A stretch of DNA of 64,000 nucleotides from the NCBI GenBank assembly GCA_016193315.1, contig JACPSJ010000001.1:663478-727477 (forward strand), read 5' to 3'. A program made the translations under genes and the position numbers. Source of the stretch: Candidatus Kerfeldbacteria bacterium. GTDB lineage: Bacteria > Patescibacteriota > Patescibacteriia > SBBC01 > CAIJZX01. Below the pieces are notes generated by a model, which saw only the letters and a list, made by a program, of their open reading frames with translations, was not told where the DNA came from and did not search any database. Shown piece after piece: positions 63,483 to 64,000 of the stretch; position 1 is the first letter of the stretch; each line of letters opens with the position of its first letter.

Positions 63483-64000
63483 CTACACTCTTTTCTCCTC
63501 AAACCCAAACGTTAGATTCGCTAAGAACACTAAGACGATCGACCACAAACCCATCCACAGCAAATCATGTTGAATCGCCGCCCAGCCAGACCCTTGGGTC
63601 ATGACCTCACGCAAGCTATGCGACAGATAGGTCAGCGGCAGGTATTGAACGATGTTCTGCAGCCACCCTGGCATCGTATCAGTCGGGAAGAACGTGCCGC
63701 CTAGAAACAGCATCGGGAAGACGATCAGGTTGGCAATCGCTGGCACGGCGTCGACCGTCTTGGCCAAGCCGGAGATGGCAAACCCCAGCCCGAGAAACAT
63801 GATCCCGCCGAGAATGACCGCCGGCAGGAGGAGCCACAGCGATCCAATGACATGAGCCTTGAACGCGAAAACCCCGACGGCAATCAGAATCGCCGCCTGG
63901 ACCACGGCCACAATCAGGCGGGTGATCACGTTGGCGCTGACGAACTGGTACGGTTTCATGGGCGTCGCGACCAGGCGTTTCAAGATACCTCGTTCCTTGT
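63483..64000 (-). CDS. ABC-2 type transporter permease, C-terminal part; the gene continues past the window end
   Basis: Six-TM ABC-2 C-terminal profile. The reading frame remains open to nt 64000. Confidence 0.65.
   Translation of the reverse strand, partial: KERGILKRLVATPMKPYQFVSANVITRLIVAVVQAAILIAVGVFAFKAHVIGSLWLLLPAVILGGIMFLGLGFAISGLAKTVDAVPAIANLIVFPMLFLGGTFFPTDTMPGWLQNIVQYLPLTYLSHSLREVMTQGSGWAAIQHDLLWMGLWSIVLVFLANLTFGFEEKRV

Noticed and set aside
1-64000. CRISPR arrays, rRNA genes, group I/II introns, integrase genes.
   Set aside because: No regularly spaced direct repeats and no rRNA-like conserved stretches were found. No tyrosine/serine recombinase or reverse-transcriptase motifs appear in any frame despite several att-like tRNA scars.

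Overview
High-GC (~60%) bacterial chromosomal segment dominated by housekeeping genes, mostly on the minus strand: uppP, mutM, rarA, uppS, tkt, tgt, msrB, tsf, rpsB, rpmE, prfA, prmC, rplY, ftsW, dnaE, thrS, miaA, gatB, thyX-tdk-tmk, rplA, rplK, nusG, secE and rpmG. Genes are tightly packed, several with 4-nt start/stop overlaps. Many small DUF or hypothetical proteins, a sortase and short ribosomal or translation factors (195-aa EF-Ts) hint at a reduced-genome lineage, possibly a high-GC Patescibacteria/CPR-like organism; this is inference only. No rRNA and no CRISPR array were seen. The accessory content has three parts. First, a candidate RiPP-like cluster: a 61-aa Cys-motif peptide with a strong SD, a radical-SAM/SPASM enzyme with a ~95-aa N-terminal extension, an MTA/5'-deoxyadenosine phosphorylase overlapping the rSAM 3' end by 114 nt, an ABC-F ATPase and a low-GC TmrB-like P-loop kinase. 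Second, a ~6-kb island of thiol-disulfide and metal-handling envelope proteins (redoxin, CcdA, YHS-domain protein, a double-CxxC thioredoxin-like protein, and two membrane proteins sharing a novel His-containing C-terminal domain). Third, four tRNA loci (Pro-CGG, Trp-CCA, Thr-UGU, Thr-GGU) surrounded by tRNA debris: orphan 3'-half fragments with encoded CCA, direct repeats of tRNA 3' ends, and intact tRNAs bracketed by perfect 10-16-bp inverted repeats or nested between the halves of an older tRNA. These co-occur with several small low-GC islets (GIY-YIG nuclease, SAM methyltransferase, P-loop kinase) and an IS200-like tnpA carrying an in-frame palindromic insert that splits an ABC transporter operon.
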